A stretch of 64,000 nt of DNA from NCBI GenBank assembly GCA_965655095.1, contig OZ296654.1, forward strand, positions 25,792,001-25,856,000, given 5' to 3'. The notes beneath the pieces are model-generated. The model had not been told where the DNA came from. It did no database searches and saw only the letters and a list, made by a program, of their open reading frames with translations. The DNA is from Haplodiscus bocki (Eukaryota). Below, piece by piece: positions 12,801 to 24,800 of the stretch. A program made the translations under genes and the position numbers. Position 1 is the first letter of the stretch; every line of letters starts with the position of its first letter.

Positions 12801-15800
12801 ATCAACCCCCCTATCCCCAGTTCAAGTTCACCTCTACCACTCCTTCACCCATAAAAAAGTATTTTCTATATTTTACATCCCTTCTTCGCCCATTTTCTAA
12901 GATAGATTGTTAAGTTGCGGAAGTAGGGCTGCGTTACCTGGGTGGTGTTGCACATTTTTACATGCCCCAGAGTATACAAATTGGTTGCCTTGGAAACTTG
13001 TCATGCAGTGCGTTAATTTTGTGAGGTAGATTTGATTGGGAAAAGCGTTAAAAATGAGTAAAAGTGGAAAATCGTGTTCAAATAAATTGAGAGAAGGCTG
13101 GGGGCTTTCCCTAGGTGCTCAAGATAGAAGAAAAAGTTTTCTCGGCCGACGAAAAAGTAGATTCATTCTCACGCAATCTGTGGATATGTATATATATTTT
13201 CCAAAAAATAGGGGTGTCTAACAACTTGCAAAGTTTAATTAACCAAGTTCGTATGGAAGTTGATACGAAAATTTAGCGCTGACTTTTCCGAAAGTTTTTC
13301 AAAAAATGTAACCGAAAGCAATTGGCATAAAAAATTTGTGTGGGTGACATCAAAATTTGAAATGACCTTCAAAATATTCGCAAGTGATATTTGACACCCA
13401 AATGAATATCTTGACGAGAAATACACAGATAACAGCCTGGAATAAAGCAGACCATCGATCGAAGAACCTGAGACCGAAACCAAGTATCTAGATTGAGAAC
13501 CGGAGCCCAAAAAAATCAAACTTATCATTAAATTAAATTGATTTACGGGTATTTTTTAACTAGTAACGTCAATTTATCCCTTGTTGTTTTTCAACCCATA
13601 GTTAAAACATGGAAGAAAAATTTTTCGATGTTATAGTTATGTTTCATTTTTTTTTCAGACAGGTTTTGCTAACTTTTATATTTTGCCAAATTTATCGGCA
13701 GTGGGCTTAGGAAAAAGATTTTTAAGCGCTAGATTTGGGTTCCAACTCCTGCATTATTACATTTTTTATGTTTCTGTTCGAATTTTTTAAGAAAATCCAC
13801 AAGATAAGGGGCAAGACAACAAACTTCTGAAGCATTTGGTAGCGGTTTGAATCCCAGTTTCCACACATTTCTGAAAATTTAATTAATGCAATTTTGAGAA
13901 CAGTTTTTCCTATTCCAACTAAAATTACCGGTTTTTTCGCTGTCGATAAAACTTTTTGATGATTTGAAATGGAGCCGTCGGGTTTTTTTCCTTTACCAGA
14001 AATTGCCAATGCCACGCAGATTTCGTCTTGCAGACTTGCTGTACATTACATATATGCGGCATCAACCATGTTACGTAACCCACAGGTATCAAGTTGCAAT
14101 CCTCTTCAAAGCCATTTTTCTGAAAGTTTTGTACATCTTGGATACCTTTTATTCTAAAAAGCAGTTTTTTATCGCTATAATTCAGGGTTTTTTTGACAAT
14201 TTAGTGTCTGTTGTCTCAGAATTATCCCTTTTTCCAGCAAAAAGTCTCAGCTCAATCCTTTTCAAAATATTTAGGAAATTGGAAAAAATGTTTTATTCAT
14301 CCGAGAAATTCTGAATTTCCGACCTTTTATGTTCATCTTACAGAGTGTTTTCAACATAAAAATTTGGATTGTTCACAAGCTGCTTGGAGTATCGGAATAT
14401 ATATTCTTTTTTTTTCAGGGCCTCAAACATGAGAAAAATATTTTGAAAACTCTCCAGTACGTCTGTTTGTAATCGCTACAGACCGATGAGCCGAAAAAAA
14501 CATCTTGTATTTAAACCTTCATTATAATCAGAGTCAGTTTCATCCAAAACTACCGGCTCGATTTCTCCAATCTTTGTTTCGATCAATAAATTTGACTCGT
14601 TCAGGATCCTTTGCAGTATGATCAAAATTAGATGCGATGAAATTTTTGATAGTTGTCTTGTTTCCACACCTAATTTTCCTTCTAAGTGTCAAATTTTTCC
14701 GATAAATTTATACCAGCGGAAAATTGAACTTGGCTGCTTTTGGATATCTTTCCTCTGTTTATTCTCTCAATATGTTATCCACTCTTGGACCAAATGATTG
14801 AAAAAGTAAAAAGAAAGTGCAGAAAATTTTGATTTGCTTTTAGAAAACATGCCTTGCTGATAATATATTCTAAACAACTACAATCTAACTAACAAAATAG
14901 ATTTCGCAGATTCTTGAAAAAAATGACTTATCAAGTTACATAAAAAGTAACCATCGGTGCTCCTATTTTTTTCTTCCTTCTACTTTTTTTTCCTTTTTTG
15001 TATCTTGTGTGTGTTAATTAGTCTGTGAAGAGAGGCATAGCTGCGTCTTTTTGGGTCTTTGCTTTCAAGAGGAGTTTTTAATGAGAATGGAAAATTTGGG
15101 AAAGCTGTAAAAGTCTTAGATCTAATTAAAGTCTAATCTTTTTACAATTCACTTATCTTATTTTTCTCCTCTTATCTCACTTAACTTCATTTCCACCCTC
15201 TCAATACTGCACGAACGTGCGTCTCTGTCTCTCCACCAAATATCTTTTCCCTACATTTCTATACCCCCTTTTTACAGGGATAACTTTTCTGTGTACCATC
15301 AAAAAATAGAAAATATTGCAATGTTTTTGCTTCCTTTTCTATTGGTATTTTTCTTATATCTCATTGTATTTTTGTAAATTTGTGAACTGTTGCTTCTGTG
15401 TTCTCTTTTTGAGTTCGGAGGTGTAGGCAGTTTCCAACGGCTATTTTTTAACAAAGGAATTTTGTGACAAAACAGTATGACACGCAAAAGTAGATTTAGA
15501 ACAGTTTATTAGTTTTCAGTCACAATTTCTCCCATTATTGAAGACTTTGACATGTTTTTTGAGATTTGGGGTCGAACGAGGAAATTTTTAATTGATAATG
15601 ATAACCTGATTTTTAGTGAGAGAAACTACATGCTTTTGCCCTTTGCTATTGATTTCAAAATGTTTGTTATGTATATAAAAATTAAGGACTGAAATTGATA
15701 AATTCTGTAAAAGTTGTACAGTATGTTAAAAGCCTGTCATAGAAACGTCAAATATTTCGTGACTTCTACCTTTCGCATATTCCCATAAAAATTTGAAGTA

Positions 15801-18800
15801 CAAAAACGGATTCCTTTGCAGACTGTGCGTCGTTCTCAGCTGCTTGACTAGCCAATTCTTTTTGGAAAAGAGTGCTAGAGACAGATCTGCAATGTTTCTT
15901 GATAATGGGTGATATCTTGGTTTTTCTGTCAGAAGATCATGAAAAATTATTCGAAAGCTGCTGAGCTTTTCATGATACAGAGTAAGATCCTACTTAAGAT
16001 AAATCAAAATGTCTAGAAGTTAGCCTGGGGGTGATTACCTCCTCCATTAATGTCACCGAGATTTAAATGCCCTCAATGTGAAAGTAACTCTACTACATAT
16101 ATTAAACATCCAAGAAAGAAGTTTTAATATCATAAAATAACCATATTAGGTCATTTAAATGACCGAATATGGTAATTGATAATTATCTATGAAAACGACT
16201 TGATGACTCACCTTCAAAATGCCTTCAAAATATTCCACGAATTGAATCTAAAACTTTCTTGTCACCATTCGAGTTATAATCAATCATCGCAATTAGTTTG
16301 AAATTGGGTGGTCTAGGAAGCCAAGCAATTTTGTTGCCTTTTTTGAAACGCAAACCATGTCAGAGCGAATTTCATCACACCAGCGAGAAGATGCAACTAG
16401 GAAGAATTTTTGTCTGATTGAAATTTCCAATCTTCACTGAGTCTTTCTTCCTCGAACTGAAAGTTGCTACAGTACAGTCGGTACAAACGCTCAAAGCACC
16501 AAAGAGTTCACCGCGAAATTTTGGCCTACTTGGAAAATAAAACCCAAATTTGATCTGTCGATACAACGCCTGCTTTGAGCTGCCCTGGGCTTCATTCTGC
16601 TGTTTCGATGTTTGAAACTCTTGTTCACTGAGCAGTAACGATTACCAAATAAAACTGATCATCTAGGAATGATTTTGTTTAGATTACTGTTTACGTAGAT
16701 TTAACATAGATCATTCCAAGGCTTCTTGCATGCAAGTTTTACATACTGTATGCAATCATGATCTGCCTGACCACCCAAGTTGAGATCTCAGAGCAAATCA
16801 ATGCTGATCCGTTTTGATTCAGAAAAAATCGGAGCAGTTTCAGGACTATTTATAACCTGGAAATGTCCAAACAGCGCTGATTCATCGCTAAACAATGCTG
16901 ATTTTCTTCGGATGCAGAAAAACAAATTCTGTTTTATTTTTTTTTATTTTTCTTCGAATGATTTCGAGTTGATCAATCTTCTTGCATTTTTTCGAAACAA
17001 GGCTGGTCATAGCTGATCACAGCTGAAACGGCGCTGATTTATGGTGAGAATTCAACCCGAGAAATTTCTAACTGACAATTTGAATCTTGTAAGATTTCTT
17101 GCATAACTGATAAATCCTGAAAGATTTCTTACAGACAATGCATTTCTTGAAATATTTTTGCAAGAAAATAGCAGGAAGTTTTAGCTGCAAGAAACTTACA
17201 GGATTCACTATTTGCAGCATGCATCTTGCCAGGCATCTGCAACAAAAGCACTTCCCAGCAAGATCTTGAAACAATCTTATAATAACCTTCCTAGATATGT
17301 TTTCGCTTCGTCTCATCTAGGGGACTCGACAAGCAGTTTCAGAAAACCAGCAGCAATAGTAATCCAATAGTCTAACTAAAGGAAACATTAGGTAGGCTAA
17401 CTATATAAGCGGAACTTAGCAGACTACCAAATAGGACTGCAGCTTAATAAGAAGATCGGTCTGCAGATTTGAAGGTGCGGGTTCGAATCCTGCCAGTCCC
17501 GTATGTTTTCTGTGTCTGCTTGGTAATTAGTCCACCAACAGTCATTGGAAGGGACTGGCTCAGGTAGTGATTGAAACTTATCATCCTTTTCCAGGGCTTT
17601 TTAAAAAATGAATATAAATGTAAAATTCAGGATGAAGCAATTCAAGATGAAGCAATTCAGGATGAAGCAATTCAGGATGAAGCAATTCAGGATGAAGTAA
17701 TTCCGTCACTCATCATGAAAGCTTTTGTTGGAAAGTTCACGTTTCTTAATTTAGAGAAAACAATTATTCCAGACGTTTGGGAGCTTTTTTCATGTTATCA
17801 ATCAGGGCTGTGAAGTTTGATGTAAATTCTAGTTATCACAGCGAAAAATTTTCTACTCGGACTTTTTCTCAGAATTTTTTTCCAAAAAAGGCAAAAAAAA
17901 TCTGTAAGCCGCCATGGTTTAAAATTGCACGTAGTGAACTAGCATTATACATTTTTTTCCAACAAAAAGAAAACTAAAAATCGGTTTCAGTTTCGCTTGC
18001 TTTGAAAGTGGCGATTGACGTCATTTTTTAGTTTGAAATGAAACTGGTTCACAAATGGTTTTCTGATACAACAAAAAAATGTTCATGGACACTTGATGAA
18101 GCAACAACGAAAAGACAGCACTTGAATTTTTTCCCCGCGTGGTATAAATGCACCTTTTACCTGAGCTGAGAAAATTCAGAAGATACACATTTTGCGGGCA
18201 GCTTTCAATCTGAAGTACCCGTAAAATTTCTATCTTTCGTCTATTATCGACTGAAAAGCACTTTAAAATGCACATTTTGTGATCTACATTTTCCCACTTC
18301 ATATTGAAATTTTTTCTCGGTTTTGCTAAATTTTTCCTAACAACACTGCGTCAATTCAACAATGATGCAAAATGTTGTAATAATGGAGATTCCCATAGGT
18401 GATGATAACAATATTTCTAGCCATGTGGCTAATCAGTGTTGGGTTTCCCAATCAGGGCGGAAATTGGTTGAAACTTATGAAATATTGGTTATGACTGAAA
18501 TTTAGAGAACTTCCTTAGGTCTAAGACATCACTACTTTTTTCAAAAGGGGGAAATTGAGAGGAATATACAGATTTCTTGGTATGTAGATTTCCTGGGAGA
18601 ATTTAATTTTCAGGATGTGTGAAACTGATACTTAATATTATCAGCTGGATTTCTGATACGTACAACTTGCATTCAGGAAACGAAGAAAAATTTTGGTACC
18701 TTCCACAAAAATTTGAAGCAATTACGAGCAGGGAATTGGTGAAAATAGTAAATGTGCAATGCATCAAATGTCATAATTTAAAATGCTTTTAGCTTATTTA

Positions 18801-21800
18801 TGTTAAGCTATCAATATTAGCATTTATTTAATTTTAGGTCATCAACATTGGCATTTACGAATCCTTTCTGTTATTCCCCCGCTCCAACTAGAACTAACGA
18901 GTATTAAAATATAAATTTAATTTTTGCTGACGCATTGCCGTCTCATTCCAAAAAATGGGCAAAATATAGAAAAAATAGTGATTGCTACATTTTTATCAGT
19001 TGATTTTTGGTTTAAATCTCAACACTTTTTCACGCATGTGTTTTTCATTTTTATAAAATCCAAAATTCTATCATCTCGAATAAAAGATACAATAGAATGT
19101 AATCACTGTCTTATTTTATTCGGAGCAAAATCAACCGCTTTTCTCTGAAGTTAGTAACAATCTTAATGACTTCGATCGTTTGTTTTCTCCAATTTTCCTA
19201 CCTTTTAACTAATAACCTAATATAGTAGTAAAACCAAAAATTTTAACTACCTTGAATAATTATTTCACTTTTTCACTTCTAGACCTCGTTCCCCATGAAG
19301 CGTACCCTCACACGTACACAGGTGAGTTTCTGCGCAGTGTGGTAGACGAGTTGATTGACTACGTAGGACAGACACACGACCGGTCTCTACCTGTGCTGGA
19401 GTTTCATCACCCGGCTCAGTTGAGGGGCAACCTGGATCTGGACGTTCCAGAGACTCCGGAACATCTGGCGCAGCTGTTGAGCGACATCAAAGACACTTGT
19501 CGATACGCTGTCAAGTCGGGTAAGAACAATAACCAAAAAACTTTCTTGAAAAAAACTGAACAAGCATTTATGACGATCTCTTCATCTGAAAGTTCGGTCA
19601 GCAAAATTAATTGGTTATGACACCTATAAAACTTTGAATTTTTTGCATTTGGAAGAAAATGGATAGATATGCTAGTAAAACTTGTCAAAATTTTGTCATT
19701 GCTCATCTTTTGGTTCCATTTGTGAATACATTAGTCATGTCTTTCAAAAAATGATTTTTTTTCAGTGCTACAGAAGAGTAAATCTTTTCCCGGGTTTCAC
19801 GATCAGGCTGATCATAGTCTATCATAGTTTGACCATAGTATGGCGCCATACTAATCATAGAAAATTTTGTATATGATCTTGCTATGATCAGCTAGGAAAT
19901 CAAATATGGTCCAGACTATGGTCAGCCTGTAATCACACACCTGTATGGCGCCAAATATGGTCAGCCTGAAGTCATGAATGGTCCAGATTATGGTTAATGT
20001 AGCTCATGTAGCTAGGGTTGAAAATGTATAGGCTCTGCACGTCATTCAATGGACAGTTATTGTTTGCTTCTTCAGGTCATCCTCGGTTTTTCAACCAGTT
20101 GTCAAGTGGAATGGACGTCACCTCAATCGCGGGAGAATGGCTGACTGCTGTCATCAACACTAACATGTTAGTTAGTTATTTAGTTGCTTAGTTANNNNNN
20201 NNNNNNNNNNNNNNNNNNNNNNNNNNNNNNNNNNNNNNNNNNNNNNNNNNNNNNNNNNNNNNNNNNNNNNNNNNNNNNNNNNNNNNNNNNNNNNNNNNNN
20301 NNNNNNNNNNNNNNNNNNNNNNNNNNNNTAGTTAGTTAGTTAAATAGTTAGTTAGCTAGATAGTTAGTTGGTTAGTTATTTATTGAAATCTTTATCAGTT
20401 AAATTTTTTGTCAATCACCATTGTCCGATTTATCATTTTGCCTAGATAGTTAACAGATTGCAACTGGGACCAATGAGAACAGAATTTTGAGCTGTTGATT
20501 GGATTTGTTTCTGACAAGCAACTATAAATAGGAAGCTATTTCCAGCGTTTCAATCGAAAAACAATCAACTATCACTACTTCAAAACTTGCAAGTTTGAAT
20601 TTGATTGATTCAAAAGGTTTTCGTAAAATTCAGTGTTTCAGATTGACAATCCCCTGTTCAGCCCAGTGCTTAAATGCACCACCAGGAGTTTGAAGCTTTC
20701 CTTGACTAAGCTAAGCGAGCTACAAAATACTCGACTAAGTTTTTATGTCTCCCAATCTCTTTTAGACTATGACTACTGATATTGAAAAGTTCGACCGCAA
20801 CTCGACCGTAACTCGACCGCAACTCGAACTCACAGTGTTGTCATCTTACTCAATTTTCCATACATGATAGGACTAGCGATGCCGTAACTGGAAAATTTCT
20901 TGTTTGGTGTCAACCAGGCATACTGCAAAATCACGCTAAATTTTGTCAAATTGCTCGCTAAAAATCATGATGTTTCACGTTGATTTCTCGCAACTTTCGC
21001 AAAATATTGACTTTTTCATCAGAATTTGATGAAAATCAGAGTCCAATTTTTTGCTGCAGGAAAAATTTTTCTGATGCAGCAAAAAGATAAAAATCTGAAC
21101 ACGCAATTTTTACCATCATGACACTTTCTGGAAGTTTGGTTTCACGTCCAGTCTCAAAATGTTGCCTTTTTTGTTCGAATTCATCGAGCTAGTTGTCTGA
21201 TAATTGAAACAAGGGCGCCAAAGTAGTTAAAATTAAATTTTGTTTGCAGCTTTTCCTAGCTTTTTTTGATGAATTTTGTTATTTTTATGTCATAACATGC
21301 TGTACAATTCGGATAAAATAGTAAAAGTTCCTTAAATCGCATTTTTTAAAAAAAAATTGGGGTCTTTTTGAAAAAAAGAACATTTCAAAATTTGGGGTAA
21401 AGTGGTGTAAAATTTGCTAAAAAAGACATAAAAGGGTTAATTTTTGAGAAAAAGTTTTCATGCAGAAGCTGGAAGGCAGAAATTATTCCCGTGGTATGTG
21501 TCTTGTTTTCATTCTAACTAATTTACAGGTTCACTTACGAGGTTTCTCCCGTGTTTGTGATCATGGAGAGAATGGTTCTGAAGAGGATGCGAGAACTGGT
21601 AGGCTGGGCAGACGGTGCGGGGGACGGAATCTGTGCTCCAGGTTAGGAGAAAATGCTATAAGAATACAACTACACACCTGGTAGCTCTGTTCTCTATTTA
21701 TCTCCCGAGGGATAACTAACTACTGCTTAGCCATCTACCGAAGCCCTGTCACTGGCAAAAACCGTAATAACAACTTAAGAACTTGAAAAGAAAGCCCCGT

Positions 21801-24800
21801 GCCCAAGGATGGGCCTTGGTTAAGAATATCCTGCATCTCATCAGAAAACTTTTGGACCATTATGCTTTTTTGGACTTTTGCGTTTTCCACTACGAGAATG
21901 TTATAAAAATTCAGTATCGAGTCCGAACCAAGTGTTTGACGTCGGCTCACAGATTGACAAGAATGATCTTATCCACAAGGAAGAGAGTACTGTGAGGGTC
22001 GTTTTCTGCCTCTGGGTTGTTAAGATGACCAGAGTGGTGAGAAAAGTACCCCACTTCGGGGTAGGGATCGTCTGAGGAACGATACCCAGTGGTCCCCCGG
22101 TTTCCTGAATTATTGTTCCTGGATGTTCCCGGAACAGCTACGGAACAAGTTCGAACTTGTGGGTTCGGAAGAAACTCATCAAGCTTTGACAAGGCACCCA
22201 AGATACGTGACTCTGTTTTGCTGATTTTTTTTTGAGAGTTTTTTAGTTACTCTGCCTTCAATCTCCTCAGAGACCTGGGAGATGTAATCTTGAGTTAGTT
22301 CAGGGTCAAGTACGTTCTGTACTCTACTGCTTCTACTGCGTTCAGGTGTTTCTCTCGAAACTGCTGCTAATTTCCTCTTATTTTTTAACGTTGCTATCAG
22401 ACGAAAGGAAAAGTTTTATCAGCGATACAGACTGAATTTGAGCTTTTATCTTTATAATGAAAGTGATTATCTCCTCTAATTATGACGGAAAAGAGTCTCC
22501 AAACAAATACGACAGTCAATGATTTTAAAGGTACAATACCAAATAGCTACAAATTATATAATAACAACTGTACTTTTATTTCTCCTATTTATACCTTTCC
22601 TTGGCGGGAAACATAATTGTTTACACGCCAAATCAAGGTACAATTAGGGAAAAGTACTTTAATCATATCATGTTTCGAAAGAATAGATGCCGACTCTGGC
22701 GGGAAATAAACACCCTTCCGTCCATTTCTTCCTTCACGGACCGCGTCTTTTCCATCTTTCGACGGAAAAGGTACGGGTCCGATCAGTCGGAAATGGACAT
22801 CAAAGTGGTTATTCCCGCGCCGACACAATAAATAAAAACATAAATAAAAGATCAAAGAGGTTTCCATACAGGGAAAAAATACAAAAAAAATGGAAAAAGG
22901 GTTTAAAGTATGGAAAATAAAGTTTATAATGCTAAAAAGATTAATGTCTACATGCTACATCACTTGAAACCACTGTTGGGAACAAACTAGGCTGATTTCC
23001 TAGCTCGTTCCACGTTTCAGCCAGCTCAGGCCTCACTTTGGCCGGCGCGTTACGTGGCGACTACGTAGCCGCTTGTAGCACTGCTTTCCGCAGTGCTACT
23101 GAAGAGAATGATTCTGGTGGCTACGTAGACGTTCCGTGTCCGTCCAAAGTGAAACAGCGTAGTAGCACAGCGGATTGGCTGAAATTCTAGTGACGTCGCC
23201 AGATTAGTTACGACGGAACACATACGTAACAAATATTCACTTTAAAAGTCAAGCTCTGTTCTAATAGTTAAGCTATTGAAACTTGTTACAACTGTCAATC
23301 TAAATAACTGCACAGATTAAAAGGTGGATTTATATAATAATTAGTTAGATTAATTATATAAAATAGCACCTAATATTAATATAAAAATACAGTGAATATT
23401 CGTTTCATCCGTATCTATTCCGTGCCAATAAGGATCAGTTCACCAGAATTACACGTATCGGATACATGTTTCTACAGGAAACAAATATTATGGGACGATA
23501 CGTAACTACTACGTATAGTCTACATGAATTACATGTGAATACTAGATAGATATGTATTTACTACGTATCCTAAATATAAATTAATGAATACATGATGCGT
23601 TGGGCATTTAAATGGATAAAATTACACGTTTAATAGTTCGTAAGTGAGTTTGAATATCTTTACAGTTCTAATTCTTGCTTGATGGACCTGGGATGTCATT
23701 TGCTGAGGGGATCGTCTGACCGCAGGCTTCGCAGACATGCTGCGACAAGTACAGACAGTTTTCACAAATAGGAGGTTGTACTTTTTTTCAGGAGGTACAA
23801 TTTCGAACCTATACGCTCTTCTTCTGGCCAGGCACAAGTACTTCCCAGAATTGAAACACAAAGGGCTCCACGCTGAAAAACAACTGTGTATGTTCGTGTC
23901 TAAGGAGGTAAGTACTGTCAGCTAAGTTTTCACTTCTTTCGTTTTTGTGGAAAGTTTAAATATGATTTTTTTTTTAAATTTTTCTGTACAGTTCAATATC
24001 AGAAAGTGGAAAACGGAAGAAGTCCTTGTGAACAAAAAATATCGACTGAAAGTTGCTACAACTTTCCTACAATTTTGATCACGTAGTAAAATTTGACGTA
24101 ACCCAATTTATTAGAAGGTTAACGCCATTTCATTTTACCTTTGTCAAGAACTTTGGGAATATTTTGCAAATTAGCAAAACAAATTCTGCTGCTCTTCAAT
24201 AGAAACAGTTCATATCAAGGTATTGTTCTTACTATGAGGGAATCCGAGTTAAACTAATTTCGAAAAAGTGTTTTCCCAGAGATTGTTTAGTAAAACGTGC
24301 CAGAGGGTTGTCAGAAAAATTGGTATTTGTCTTCTGTAATATTTTTGGATTAAAAACGTTCAAAAACATGCAATTTTTTTGCAAAAAGAAATGCAAAGAA
24401 AGGCATCACAAATTCCTAAAATTTTAACATCAGCCATTAGAATGTATGTTTGATCCTCTCGTGTAGGGTATGTTTTGGTAGGACTTTGCTACGTTCTACC
24501 GGAAACTTGTGCTGCTTTGAGTAAATAGTTAGATTTATTTAAACGTCAGCTGATAAAAAAAACGTCGTATAAAGAGTGCGTTCAGCCATCTTTTTAAAAA
24601 AACTAAGTTCTAAGATGGTCGGTTTTTTTAAACTGAAGGTAAAGATATAGGAATTAGTTAGAAAGTTTACTTACAGGCTTGAAGCGGAGTATCAGTTGAG
24701 CCAACCGAAAGTTGCATGAAATTTCTGTGAAATGTTCGAAAACAGAAATTGTCATTGACTTCTGGTTATTCAAAGTTTAGAAAACTCCAAATTTGGCAAA

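Noticed and set aside
17433-17501. Functional tRNA-Cys gene
   Set aside because: The D-arm lacks the conserved GG, the anticodon stem pairs poorly, and the acceptor stem has a terminal mismatch.
17571-17813. ORF with IQDEA repeats; CRISPR-like appearance
   Set aside because: Contiguous 15-bp minisatellite with no spacers, in eukaryotic intronic DNA.
20076-21641. Assignment as CSAD/GADL1/aspartate decarboxylase
   Set aside because: NQLS and NTNMFTYE are GAD-type, not the NQLF/SQYTYE pattern.
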